Source of the DNA: Candidatus Kaelpia imicola
GTDB lineage: Bacteria > Omnitrophota > Gorgyraeia > Kaelpiales > Kaelpiaceae
DNA length: 64,000 nucleotides
Assembly: GCA_030765505.1 (NCBI GenBank)
Contig: JAVCCL010000043.1
Span: 69,686 to 133,685, forward strand
Reading direction: 5' to 3'
The notes below the pieces were generated by a model. The model made no database searches. It was not told the origin of the DNA and saw only the letters and a list, made by a program, of their open reading frames with translations. This document shows positions 45,739 through 55,185 of this stretch, one piece after another (the stretch's first letter is position 1; every line of letters begins with the position of its first letter). Position numbers and translations under genes: made by a program.

Positions 45739-47121
45739 TTAAAAGAACCTCGCTATCTTATTTAAGAGTTTTTTTATTCCTCGGAGACTCCTGAAGTGTC
45801 TCATTAAGTAAGCCCAGTGACGCGGGTGAAGATAGAATAGAGTGACACCTGTTTTTTGGAGTAAGGATACAACAAGAGCATTATTATTCCCGTTTTGAAA
45901 TGATACCTTAGAATAGTAATCGAAATTACTGGAGGAGCCGAGTATTTTGAATATAGATAGTTTCTTCATTTTTTGATAAAGCAGCGTTCCGATAAAAGGA
46001 GTTGTTATCGAAAAGCTCGCTTCGGCAAGATTCAATTTTAAAGATAGGTTTATAGTCTTTAAGATCTCTTTTTTTGATTCATCCGGTGCGCCTATCATAA
46101 AGAAACCCGAGGGGTAGATCCTGCTCTTCCTGGTACTCTCTATGGTTTTGCCTACTCTCTTTAGCTCTATCCCTTTATTGTAGACCTGGTCTAATATTCT
46201 TTGAGACCCTGATTCAATCCCGTAATGTATTACTCTTAAGCCTGATTGATACATCTTATTGAGCAGCTCTTCATCAACAGTATCTATCCTGCTGTTGCAG
46301 CCCCAGAGTATATTCATCTTATTGTTTTGGATTATATCGCAGAATCTATTTATCCAATCTCTGTTTACGGGTAGGGTATCATCATGAAAAAAGAAATTTT
46401 CTATTCTAAAACTCTCTCTATAGTAATTTAGCTCTTTTATCAGATACTGAGGGCTTTTATAGCGTATACCGTCTCCGAATATCAATCGTAAGGTAGGTTG
46501 GCAGTAGCTGCAGTTGAATAAGCATCCTCTTGAGGCTATGACATTTAACCCTCTTTTAGCCGGATCCAAAGGGTCGAGGTAGTGCCATAGGTCGAAGTAT
46601 TGGTCAAGATTTTCAAGTAGATCCAGCGCTGGTATCTCTAAAGAGTCAAGCTCTATTTGTTTGCGTTCTTCCCGGCTTTTAAATATTGTTCTATCTCTCT
46701 TGAAATATATACTTGGAACACTATCTAAATCTCTTTGAGGCAGCCTCTCTATCAGCCGGTTCATGGTATCCTCTGCTTCACCTATGACTGCGATATCGAC
46801 AATATCTATTATGCTCTCCGGTGCTACTGTTACCTGGGGTCCGCCTGCAATGAGAATAGTGGTTTTAGGAAGCTCTCTTATCAGTTCCCGGACAGCTTTA
46901 TACATAACAGAGTCTATATATATGCCTATGGCTTGGGGTCTTATTCTGGATATCTCATTCTTTATTTTTTTAAAGGAGTTGTGAAAGGTACTATCCAGTA
47001 TGTTTATCTTTAGCTCTGGATGCTGTCTTTTTAGATAAGAGGCTATTGAGCATATTCCTAAAGGAGGGTCTCCGGATCTATATTTTAGACGCGGGAAGAT
47101 AAAAGTTAATGAATCTATCAT
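45739..47121 (-). CDS. B12-binding domain / radical SAM protein (class B)
   Basis: B12-binding region (ILIAGGPQVT...GEAE) followed by VIASRGCLFNCSYCQP (CxxxCxxC). Confidence 0.8.
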   Translation of the reverse strand: MIDSLTFIFPRLKYRSGDPPLGICSIASYLKRQHPELKINILDSTFHNSFKKIKNEISRIRPQAIGIYIDSVMYKAVRELIRELPKTTILIAGGPQVTVAPESIIDIVDIAVIGEAEDTMNRLIERLPQRDLDSVPSIYFKRDRTIFKSREERKQIELDSLEIPALDLLENLDQYFDLWHYLDPLDPAKRGLNVIASRGCLFNCSYCQPTLRLIFGDGIRYKSPQYLIKELNYYRESFRIENFFFHDDTLPVNRDWINRFCDIIQNNKMNILWGCNSRIDTVDEELLNKMYQSGLRVIHYGIESGSQRILDQVYNKGIELKRVGKTIESTRKSRIYPSGFFMIGAPDESKKEILKTINLSLKLNLAEASFSITTPFIGTLLYQKMKKLSIFKILGSSSNFDYYSKVSFQNGNNNALVVSLLQKTGVTLFYLHPRHWAYLMRHFRSLRGIKKLLNKIARFF

Positions 47122-47171
47122 TGATAGCCTTGTTGATTTTAAGTTATAAAGTTATCTAATGTGTATTGACT

Positions 47172-47180
47172 ATTATAGCA
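47172..47180 (-). promoter_or_regulatory. Extended -10 promoter element (TGcTATAAT) for the minus-strand rSAM/GT operon
   Basis: The reverse complement of 47172-47180 reads TGCTATAAT, 51 nt upstream of the rSAM start codon at 47121. No good -35 hexamer. Confidence 0.4.
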
Positions 47181-47236
47181 TCTCATTCTGTTTTGGACTA
47201 TAAAGCATAAAGTTTAGATGTTTTAGCATTCTATTA

Positions 47237-48451
47237 TCAAATATTATCATTTTTATTCCAAGGTGTCTTTTTAAATAAAAAGATTGAGATTTTTAATATC
47301 GGGTCGAATCTACAGTCAAATATTATTTGCTTGCTATAGAGCAACTCGTATCCAATGATGCCGGTTTTATCTAATGCCGATTCTTTACTGCTAAATATAA
47401 TGAAATCATTATCTGCTTCCAAAGCTTCTTGGTGGTCTTCAAAAAACATCACATTTCTAAATCCGCGTTCTGTTAAGAATATACGCAACCACTGCGAGTA
47501 GCCATCTTCTTCAATTAGGGCTATCTTTACAAAGTTACGATTAGAGTTATTGAGATGCAAAAGCAGACCATTGAATTTTAACAATCTTATAGGGTTGCCA
47601 TACCTTGTATGCTTTGGGATAAAATATTTAGAGATGTTATCAGGTTTCATCAGTTTTGAGTTTACGAAGAAGCTGAATTTGAAAAAATATAGCAAACCGA
47701 AATATAATGTTATTATCCAGATTAATATTTTTAATTTTCTCCATTTTAATTCAGTTACCCCGTATGCTGATATAATAGCTAGTGCTGGCATTATAGGAAT
47801 TATATAACGGTCTCTCTTGGTTGTAGCTATGCTCAGTATAATCATCGAAAGGATAATCCAGCTAAACAATATATGTCTCTCTTTCTGTTTTTTCTTCAGG
47901 AGATAGTATAGGCCTAAAGCGATTAATGAGATTGAATAATAAGAGAGAGATAGGTTGCCTAAAGTAGAGATATAAAAGAATATCGGTTGATTATCTTTAA
48001 GAGTTGATAGTTTTATCAAGTCTTTTATCCGGTATTCTAAAGGGTAATAATATATCAGTGCTATTAGGAGAGTAAATGCAAAACAGATTATGAGATTGTT
48101 TAAATTGTTTTTCTTCTGTCCTCTTATAGTGATATAGGCAAGGTAGATTAAAGGTCCTGATATAAAAACTAAAACACTCTGTTTTGTAAGCAACCCCAAC
48201 CCTAATATTATTCCGCAGATTATAGAGTTGTATCTTTTGGAGAAAAAATCACTCTCTATAAGCGCAAGTATCGAGCAGGTTACCATTGTTGTAGTTGGTA
48301 ATATTAAATTGTAGCTGCGGGAATAGAGGTAGATTGGGGGATAGAGGGATAATATTGCAGCAGCCATCAATCCTGTCTCTCTGTCTTTTAGGTGCTTTCC
48401 GATAGTATAGGTTGCTATGATAAGGAAGATAAGGAATAGAGAGTTTGTCAT
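47237..48451 (-). CDS. GT-C fold membrane glycosyltransferase, paralog 5; the reading frame continues upstream to an ATG at 48757 through a single in-frame TGA at 48665-48667
   Basis: An upstream in-frame segment encodes MLSRISGIKKQKYILLLLTIVLFHLSANII, then a stop, then INANTYPELAEEIGHIGG...YAMTNS. This gives a TM1 plus acidic/His loop N-terminus matching the other paralogs. Confidence 0.5.
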   Translation of the reverse strand: MTNSLFLIFLIIATYTIGKHLKDRETGLMAAAILSLYPPIYLYSRSYNLILPTTTMVTCSILALIESDFFSKRYNSIICGIILGLGLLTKQSVLVFISGPLIYLAYITIRGQKKNNLNNLIICFAFTLLIALIYYYPLEYRIKDLIKLSTLKDNQPIFFYISTLGNLSLSYYSISLIALGLYYLLKKKQKERHILFSWIILSMIILSIATTKRDRYIIPIMPALAIISAYGVTELKWRKLKILIWIITLYFGLLYFFKFSFFVNSKLMKPDNISKYFIPKHTRYGNPIRLLKFNGLLLHLNNSNRNFVKIALIEEDGYSQWLRIFLTERGFRNVMFFEDHQEALEADNDFIIFSSKESALDKTGIIGYELLYSKQIIFDCRFDPILKISIFLFKKTPWNKNDNI

Positions 48452-48868
48452 GGCGTAAGTTGTATATCTTAAGCCTGCAATCTGTATAAATGCGAATGAG
48501 ATAAGATAAAATAGATGCGGTTTTTCGGCTTTAGGGTTAGCAAAGGTTCTAAATATAGCAGTTGGACTATACTCTTTATCATATTTAAGATAGCTATAGA
48601 TACCGGTAATTCCTCCGATATGCCCTATCTCTTCTGCCAGTTCAGGGTAGGTATTAGCATTAATTCATATGATGTTTGCACTTAGATGGAATAGTACGAT
48701 TGTTAAGAGAAGTAATATATATTTCTGTTTTTTGATTCCGGAAATACGACTGAGCATTTTAACATTATATATGGTAGTATAATTACAGCATAGGAAAAAT
48801 ATTGTTTTTGGAATAGAAAAAAGGTTGCTTTTCGGGTATCATATTGTTTTAAATAATCGGAGGATATT

Positions 48869-50041
48869 ATGGCTAAAAAAATAGTTTTGGCGTATTCAGG
48901 AGGTCTTGATACATCTGTTGCTATTCCATGGTTAATAGATAAGGGGTATGAGGTAACTGCTTTTAGCGCCGATGTTGGCCAGGGAAAAAAGAGTTTCGAT
49001 TCTGTCCTTAGAAGAGCCAAAAAAGCAGGAGCCAAGAGAATTATTTTCAGGGATTTAAAGAAAGAGTTTATCGAGAACTATGCTTTTAGCGCCCTTAAGG
49101 CCGAAGCTCTATACGAGAACAGGTACTATCTGGCTACTGCTCTATCCAGGCCTCTTATTGCCAAGCACCTTGTAGATATTGCAAAGAGAGAGAAGGCTCA
49201 GGCCATAGCTCACGGTTGTACCGGCAAGGGCAATGATCAGGTTAGGTTTGAAGTTGCTGTAAAAATTTTGGCTCCAAAGATGGAGATAGTTGCTCCTTTA
49301 AGAATCTGGGAACTTAAAAGCAGGGAAGAGGAGATTGAATATGCGAAGCTGAAGAGAGTTCCAATAGAGGTTAAGGAGTCCACTTATAGCATTGACAGGA
49401 ACCTCTGGGGTTTAAGTATTGAGTGCGGAGTGCTTGAAGAGATAGATAAGGAGACGCCGGAGGATATATTTATGCTTACAAGTTCTCTGGATAAGACTCC
49501 TAAGAAAGCAGAATATATAGAGGTTGAGTTTAAAAAAGGAGTGCCCGTAGGTTTAAACTCCAAGAAGTTATCTGCAGTTGAGATAGTTAGTAAGCTTAAT
49601 AAGATAGCCGGCAGGCATGGTATAGGCAGGGCGGATATGGTGGAGAATAGGTTGATTGGAATAAAAAGCAGGGAGGTATATGAATCCCCTGCTGCTGCCG
49701 TACTATATTTTGCTCACAGAGAGCTGGAATCTCTGGTTTTAGATAGAGAGTTATCCCACTTTAAAAACTCTATCTCCAGTAAATATGCAGAGTTAATTTA
49801 TTACGGTCTCTGGTTTACACCTTTAAGAGAAGCATTGGACAGTTTTATTGATTTTACGCAGGGCTCTGTCAATGGAAAGATAAAGTTGAAATTGCATAAA
49901 GGCAATATTAAAGTTGCAGGAAGAGAGTCCAAGAATTCAAAATATAACTATAACATGGCTACATATACCGATAAAGATAAGTTTGAACATAAGGCGTCTG
50001 AGGGTTTTATAAAGATATGGTCTCAAGCCTATATGAGGTAA
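48869..50041 (+). CDS. argG: Argininosuccinate synthase
   Basis: PP-loop AYSGGLDTS and ArgG-type motifs. Confidence 0.9.
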   Translation: MAKKIVLAYSGGLDTSVAIPWLIDKGYEVTAFSADVGQGKKSFDSVLRRAKKAGAKRIIFRDLKKEFIENYAFSALKAEALYENRYYLATALSRPLIAKHLVDIAKREKAQAIAHGCTGKGNDQVRFEVAVKILAPKMEIVAPLRIWELKSREEEIEYAKLKRVPIEVKESTYSIDRNLWGLSIECGVLEEIDKETPEDIFMLTSSLDKTPKKAEYIEVEFKKGVPVGLNSKKLSAVEIVSKLNKIAGRHGIGRADMVENRLIGIKSREVYESPAAAVLYFAHRELESLVLDRELSHFKNSISSKYAELIYYGLWFTPLREALDSFIDFTQGSVNGKIKLKLHKGNIKVAGRESKNSKYNYNMATYTDKDKFEHKASEGFIKIWSQAYMR

Positions 50042-50045
50042 TGAT

Positions 50046-51431
50046 ATGAAAGAGAAATTATGGGGCGGAAGATTTAAAGATGGTCTGGATCCTGTTATTC
50101 TGGAGTTCACCAAGAGTATCAATTATGACTGGTTTCTATTTGAATATGAGGCTTATTCCAATATTGCCTGGGTAGGTGAGCTGCAGAGCCTTAAGCTGAT
50201 AACTCAGAGAGAGAAGAGCTCTATCAAAAAGGCTATAAAAGAGCTCTTAAAAGAGTATTCCGATGGAAAGATAGAGATAGATTTTAAAGAAGAGGATATA
50301 CACTCTCTCTTCTATTCTCTGCTAAGGAAAAAAGTCTCTTCTCTTGTAGATAAGATTCATGCCGGTAAGAGCAGGAATGAACAGGTTGTTACTGTTATGA
50401 GAATGTTTTTACTCGATGCTATATCTGAAGAGGTTGAACTTATCACTAAACTGCAAAAGGGTTTTCTGAGGAAAGCAAAGAAGTATAACGACTCAGCTAT
50501 TCCAGGATTTACTCATCTTCAATATGCTCAGCCTGTACTGTTTGGGCATTGGCTGCTGTCTTTCGTTGAGCAGCTAGAGAGAGATAAAAAAAGGTTAATC
50601 AATTGTCTTGACGGTGTAAGCCTGCTGCCTTTGGGCAGCGGTGCTCTTGCCGGCAGCAATTTTAAATTAAACAGAGATAAACTAAGAAGAGAGCTTGGAT
50701 TTAAAAGCTTGGGAAAAAACAGCATCGATATGGTTTCAGACAGAGACTTCATTTTGGAATATCTTAATGCTAATCTTACTCTTCTCCTACATTTGAGCAG
50801 ACTTGCAGAAGACCTGATAATATACAATAGCCCGGGATATGGGATAATATATTTCTCGGATAAGGTTACTACCGGTTCAAGCCTGATGCCGCAGAAGAAA
50901 AACCCTGATCCTGTAGAGCTTATCAGGTCTTATTCTTCCGGAGCCCTGGCGGCCTATGTATCTATGGCGGATATCTTAAAGGGGCTCCCAACATCCTATA
51001 ACCGCGATTTACAACTGGATAAGAAGGCGCTTTTCTCATCATATCTTTCGGCTACAGCTGTTTTAGATGCTACTGAGATAGTTATCTTAAATACATATTT
51101 GGATAGAGACAGGGCTTTAGAGCTGCTAAAAGATGAGAGGTTTTATTTGACAGATATTTCGGATGAACTTATTAAAGATGGCTTATCTCATAAAGAGGCT
51201 CATTGGCGGGTAGGTAGGCTTTTGAGGAAGGCGGAAGAGAGCAAGAGTAATATAGCGGATTTTAAGAGAGAGGAGTTGATTAAAATATTAGGTCGGGATA
51301 TAAAGATAGACAATTTTTTTAGTGTCAGTAAATCTCTAAAAAGAAAAAAGGTTGACTGCTCTACAAACTTTAAGTATTTTTTAAAGAGGTTAAAGGAGTG
51401 GGAGATATTATTAGAGTCTCCTGAGCTATAA
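50046..51431 (+). CDS. argH: Argininosuccinate lyase
   Basis: Fumarate-lyase family signature region GSSLMPQKKNPD. Confidence 0.9.
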   Translation: MKEKLWGGRFKDGLDPVILEFTKSINYDWFLFEYEAYSNIAWVGELQSLKLITQREKSSIKKAIKELLKEYSDGKIEIDFKEEDIHSLFYSLLRKKVSSLVDKIHAGKSRNEQVVTVMRMFLLDAISEEVELITKLQKGFLRKAKKYNDSAIPGFTHLQYAQPVLFGHWLLSFVEQLERDKKRLINCLDGVSLLPLGSGALAGSNFKLNRDKLRRELGFKSLGKNSIDMVSDRDFILEYLNANLTLLLHLSRLAEDLIIYNSPGYGIIYFSDKVTTGSSLMPQKKNPDPVELIRSYSSGALAAYVSMADILKGLPTSYNRDLQLDKKALFSSYLSATAVLDATEIVILNTYLDRDRALELLKDERFYLTDISDELIKDGLSHKEAHWRVGRLLRKAEESKSNIADFKREELIKILGRDIKIDNFFSVSKSLKRKKVDCSTNFKYFLKRLKEWEILLESPEL

Positions 51432-51434
51432 CTA

Positions 51435-52682
51435 ATGCATAGATTTAAATACCGGGGCAACCATCTTTATGCAGAGAATGTTAAACTCTCTTCTCTCCTG
51501 GAGAGGTTTGGGACACCGCTCTATATCTATAGCGCCAATACTTTTCTGGACCATTTCTTAAAACTTAAAAGCGCTTTTAAAGAGTTATCTCCGCTTATAT
51601 GTTTTAGTGTTAAGTCAAATTCCAATCTGGCTGTTCTGAGATTGCTATCTAAGGCTGGAGCGGGTATGGATGTTGTTTCAGGCGGAGAACTTTTCAGGGC
51701 ATTTAAATCCGGTTGCCCTGCATCTAAAGTTGTATATGCAGGGGTTGGCAAAAGAGAGGATGAGATAATCTATGCAATCAAAAAAGGTATAAAGTTTTTC
51801 AATATTGAGTCTCTCCCTGAACTTGAAAGAATTAATAAGGCTGCCGGGAGCCTGGGTAAGAGGCAGGGTGTCTGTCTGAGATTGAATCCCGACGTAGATT
51901 CTAAGACACATAAGTTTATTACAACAGGGAAGAAGGAGACAAAGTTTGGACTCTCCTATGGTGTTATAAAAAGTATTCTGCAAAACAGAGACAGCTATAA
52001 GAATCTATTAATCTCAGGTCTGCATCTACATATCGGATCTCAAATTATTTATAATGAGCCATTTTTAAAAGCTGTAAAGGTTGCTTTAAGATTAAAATCT
52101 GAGAGAGATTGTGATTTCCAATATTTAAATATCGGTGGTGGATTAGGAATCATCTATAAAGATGAGAAAGCTTTGACTGCTCAAAAATATGCATCTGAGA
52201 TAAAAGGTTTGATAAAGAAAACCGAACTCAAACTTATTCTGGAGCCGGGAAGGTTTATTGCCGGTAATTCTGGAATATTTGTTACCACAGTCCAATACGT
52301 CAAGGATGGTATAGATAAAAAGTTTGCCATAGTTGATGGAGGTATGAATTTGCTGATAAGGCCGGCTCTATACTCTGCCTACCATGAGGTAGGATTGATT
52401 GAAAAGAGGGCTGGGAGAAAAGAGCTATACGATGTTGTAGGTCCGATTTGCGAAAGCTCAGACTTCCTGGCTTTATCCAGAAAGCTTCCTCAGCTTAAGA
52501 GCGGAAATAGAATAGTTCTATTTAGCGCAGGAGCCTACGGGTTTACGATGGCATCGAATTATAATAGTTATCCTAGATGTGGTGAGGTTATGGTTAAAGG
52601 CAATAGTGCTCATCTTATCAGAGAGCCTGAAGATTATAAGGATTTAATAAGAGGAGAGAATATACCGGGGTTTTTAAAATGA
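51435..52682 (+). CDS. lysA: Diaminopimelate decarboxylase
   Basis: Fold-III PLP decarboxylase with FSVKSN and GGGLGI motifs. Sits in an operon with the dap genes. Confidence 0.9.
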   Translation: MHRFKYRGNHLYAENVKLSSLLERFGTPLYIYSANTFLDHFLKLKSAFKELSPLICFSVKSNSNLAVLRLLSKAGAGMDVVSGGELFRAFKSGCPASKVVYAGVGKREDEIIYAIKKGIKFFNIESLPELERINKAAGSLGKRQGVCLRLNPDVDSKTHKFITTGKKETKFGLSYGVIKSILQNRDSYKNLLISGLHLHIGSQIIYNEPFLKAVKVALRLKSERDCDFQYLNIGGGLGIIYKDEKALTAQKYASEIKGLIKKTELKLILEPGRFIAGNSGIFVTTVQYVKDGIDKKFAIVDGGMNLLIRPALYSAYHEVGLIEKRAGRKELYDVVGPICESSDFLALSRKLPQLKSGNRIVLFSAGAYGFTMASNYNSYPRCGEVMVKGNSAHLIREPEDYKDLIRGENIPGFLK

Positions 52683-53491
52683 GGATTATCTCTTTTCATA
52701 AAGCTGTTGCTAGTGGAAATGATTTTGTCATAATCAAAAACAGAACTTTTTCTAAATCCGAATTAAGAGATACAGCAATTAAGTTATGTAGTAGAAAATA
52801 CGGTGTTGGTGCAGACGGGCTTCTGGTTGCAGAGAGTTCAAAGAGAGCCGACCTTAAAATGAGAATATTTAATTCTGATGGAACTGAAGCTGAGATGTGC
52901 GGCAACGGAATGAGGTCTTTTATTCTCTGGGCTTATAATAAGAAGCTGATAGCTATAAATTCTTTTATTGAGACCAAGGCAGGTATTATAATAGGTAAGG
53001 TCAAAAAAGATGATTTTATCAAGATTAAGATTGGAGCTTCTTTTGAATACAGGCCGAATTTAAAAGTAAAGGTAGATGGGAAGACAATAGAGGGCGATTA
53101 TCTGGATACTGGAGTTCCCCATTTTGTTGTTGAGGTAAGCACCCTTTGCGGCTATGATGTCTTTAATATCGGTTCAAAGATAAGGCACCACTCTATTTTT
53201 AAGCCTCGGGGAACCAATGTGGACTTTATGCATTGGGAGAGAGGGTATCTTGCTGTTAGAACTTATGAGAGAGGGGTAGAGACTGAGACTTTGGCTTGTG
53301 GTACAGGCTGTGTAGCCTCTGCTTTGATAGCTGGATTGAAAAGAGGTTATGACTCTAAGAATATAGTCGTTCTTCCTTTAAGCGGCGAAAGATTGAGAGT
53401 TTCGTATTCTTATCAGAAGGGAAGATTTAGCGATGTCTATCTTGAAGGTGAGGCAGAGCTTCTCTTTGAATCAAAATTTAAAATTAAATAG
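52679..53491 (+). CDS. dapF: Diaminopimelate epimerase
   Basis: Catalytic-Cys motifs NSDGTEAEMCGNG and ACGTG. Confidence 0.85.
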   Translation: MRIISFHKAVASGNDFVIIKNRTFSKSELRDTAIKLCSRKYGVGADGLLVAESSKRADLKMRIFNSDGTEAEMCGNGMRSFILWAYNKKLIAINSFIETKAGIIIGKVKKDDFIKIKIGASFEYRPNLKVKVDGKTIEGDYLDTGVPHFVVEVSTLCGYDVFNIGSKIRHHSIFKPRGTNVDFMHWERGYLAVRTYERGVETETLACGTGCVASALIAGLKRGYDSKNIVVLPLSGERLRVSYSYQKGRFSDVYLEGEAELLFESKFKIK

Positions 53492-53503
53492 GAGGTAAGG
53501 TAT

Positions 53504-54379
53504 ATGTTTAGAGGTTCTATGGTGGCACTTGTTACACCTTTTAAAGACGGTAAGGTGGATAAAAGCGGCTTAAAAAAGCTTGTGAGATACCATATTAAGA
53601 ACAACACTTCAGCTCTTGTTCCATGTGGAACGACAGGAGAGTCTGCAACGCTCTCTGAGAGAGAACATGAGACTGTCGTGGAGACTGTTATAGAGGAGAC
53701 TGCCGGGCGTATCCCTGTCATTGCGGGTACAGGTTCTAACTCTACAGAAGAGGCTATTAGGTATACTAAATTTGCTCAGAAGAGAGGAGCTAGCGGAGCT
53801 TTGCTTATATGTCCTTATTACAATAAGCCTACTCAAGAGGGACTCTATCAGCATTTTAAAGCTATTGCAGAAGAGGTAAGGATACCGTTAATACTCTATA
53901 ATATCCCATCACGTACAGGTGTTAACATGAGCCCTGAGACTATAGCACGTCTTGGAAGACGATATAAGAATATAGTCGGGGTAAAAGAAGCAACAGGCAG
54001 CTTGGATCAGATGACGGCTATTAAGAGTCTATGTCCTAAAGAGTTTCTTCTGATATCAGGAGATGATGCTCTAACGCTTCCGATATTGTCTATTGGGGGA
54101 GTCGGAGTCATATCTGTTTTGGCCAATATTATACCCAGGGAGGTCGAAGATATGGTCAGGAGATTTGAGAGCGGAGATTTAAGAGTTGCGAGAAAACTAC
54201 ATATAAATTTATATCCATTGATTAAGACGATGTTTTTAGAGACAAATCCCGCCCCTGTTAAAACAGCTATGGGTATGATAGGTATTATATCGGATGAACT
54301 CAGGCTTCCTATGGTAAGAGTATCGACTCTAAATAGAGTGAAGATAAGGTCAATAATCAAAAAATACGGATTGATATAA
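53504..54379 (+). CDS. dapA: 4-hydroxy-tetrahydrodipicolinate synthase
   Basis: GSMVALVTPF N-terminus and GTTGES motif. Confidence 0.9.
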   Translation: MFRGSMVALVTPFKDGKVDKSGLKKLVRYHIKNNTSALVPCGTTGESATLSEREHETVVETVIEETAGRIPVIAGTGSNSTEEAIRYTKFAQKRGASGALLICPYYNKPTQEGLYQHFKAIAEEVRIPLILYNIPSRTGVNMSPETIARLGRRYKNIVGVKEATGSLDQMTAIKSLCPKEFLLISGDDALTLPILSIGGVGVISVLANIIPREVEDMVRRFESGDLRVARKLHINLYPLIKTMFLETNPAPVKTAMGMIGIISDELRLPMVRVSTLNRVKIRSIIKKYGLI

Positions 54380-55185
54380 TGAATACAAAAGTAATAGTCT
54401 CAGGTTGTCTGGGGAGAATGGGCAGAGAGATATCCATGCTTGCTCTTCTGGACTCTAAGATAGAGCTTATTGCAGGGATTGAGCAGCCTACCTCTCTCGG
54501 TCTTGGAGCGGATATAGGGTCTATTCTCTTAGGTGAAAATAAAGGTATTCTAATAGCTGAGGATCTAAGAGGATATATAGAGAATGCAGATCTGGTTATA
54601 GAGTTTAGCGCTCCTGATGCTACTTTGAGGCATTTGAGAATAGTCTCTGAGTTTGGCAAAGGCATGGTAATCGGAACTACCGGTTTTAATGCAGAACAGC
54701 TTAAAGAGCTGGAGAGCTTTTCAAAGAGAGCCGCAGTTCTGATTTCACCCAATATGAGCATAGGTGTTAATGTACTATTTAAGATTATACCGCAGCTGAC
54801 TGAATTGTTGGGCGAGGATTATAACATAGAGATTGTTGAGGTTCATCATAATAAGAAGAAGGATGCGCCGTCCGGGACTGCAAAGAGAATTGCCGAACTG
54901 ATAAAAGGTGTTAGAAAAGATCTGGTACTTACTTGCGGCAGGGAAAAGTCCAACACTCAGCGGAAGAAAAATGAGCTGGCTATACACGCTCTTCGCTTGG
55001 GCGAAATAGTGGGAGAACATAAGATTATATTTGCGGGTAATAATGAAGTTGTAGAGTTAAGCCATTCTGCTGTCTCACGCGACATATTTGCTATAGGGGC
55101 AATTTTGGGGGCTAAGTATATCAAAGATAAAAAAGCGGGGCTCTATACTATGCAGGATGTGATTTCTGCTAAGCTGGGCGGGTAA
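54379..55185 (+). CDS. dapB: 4-hydroxy-tetrahydrodipicolinate reductase
   Basis: KVIVSGCLGRMG NAD-binding motif and EVHHNKKKDAPSGTA signature. Confidence 0.9.
   Translation: MNTKVIVSGCLGRMGREISMLALLDSKIELIAGIEQPTSLGLGADIGSILLGENKGILIAEDLRGYIENADLVIEFSAPDATLRHLRIVSEFGKGMVIGTTGFNAEQLKELESFSKRAAVLISPNMSIGVNVLFKIIPQLTELLGEDYNIEIVEVHHNKKKDAPSGTAKRIAELIKGVRKDLVLTCGREKSNTQRKKNELAIHALRLGEIVGEHKIIFAGNNEVVELSHSAVSRDIFAIGAILGAKYIKDKKAGLYTMQDVISAKLGG

Noticed and set aside
48665-48667. Selenocysteine insertion at the in-frame TGA of the GT-C gene
   Set aside because: The codon lies in a short extracytoplasmic loop of a membrane glycosyltransferase with no redox motif, and no SECIS-like hairpin is evident immediately downstream.
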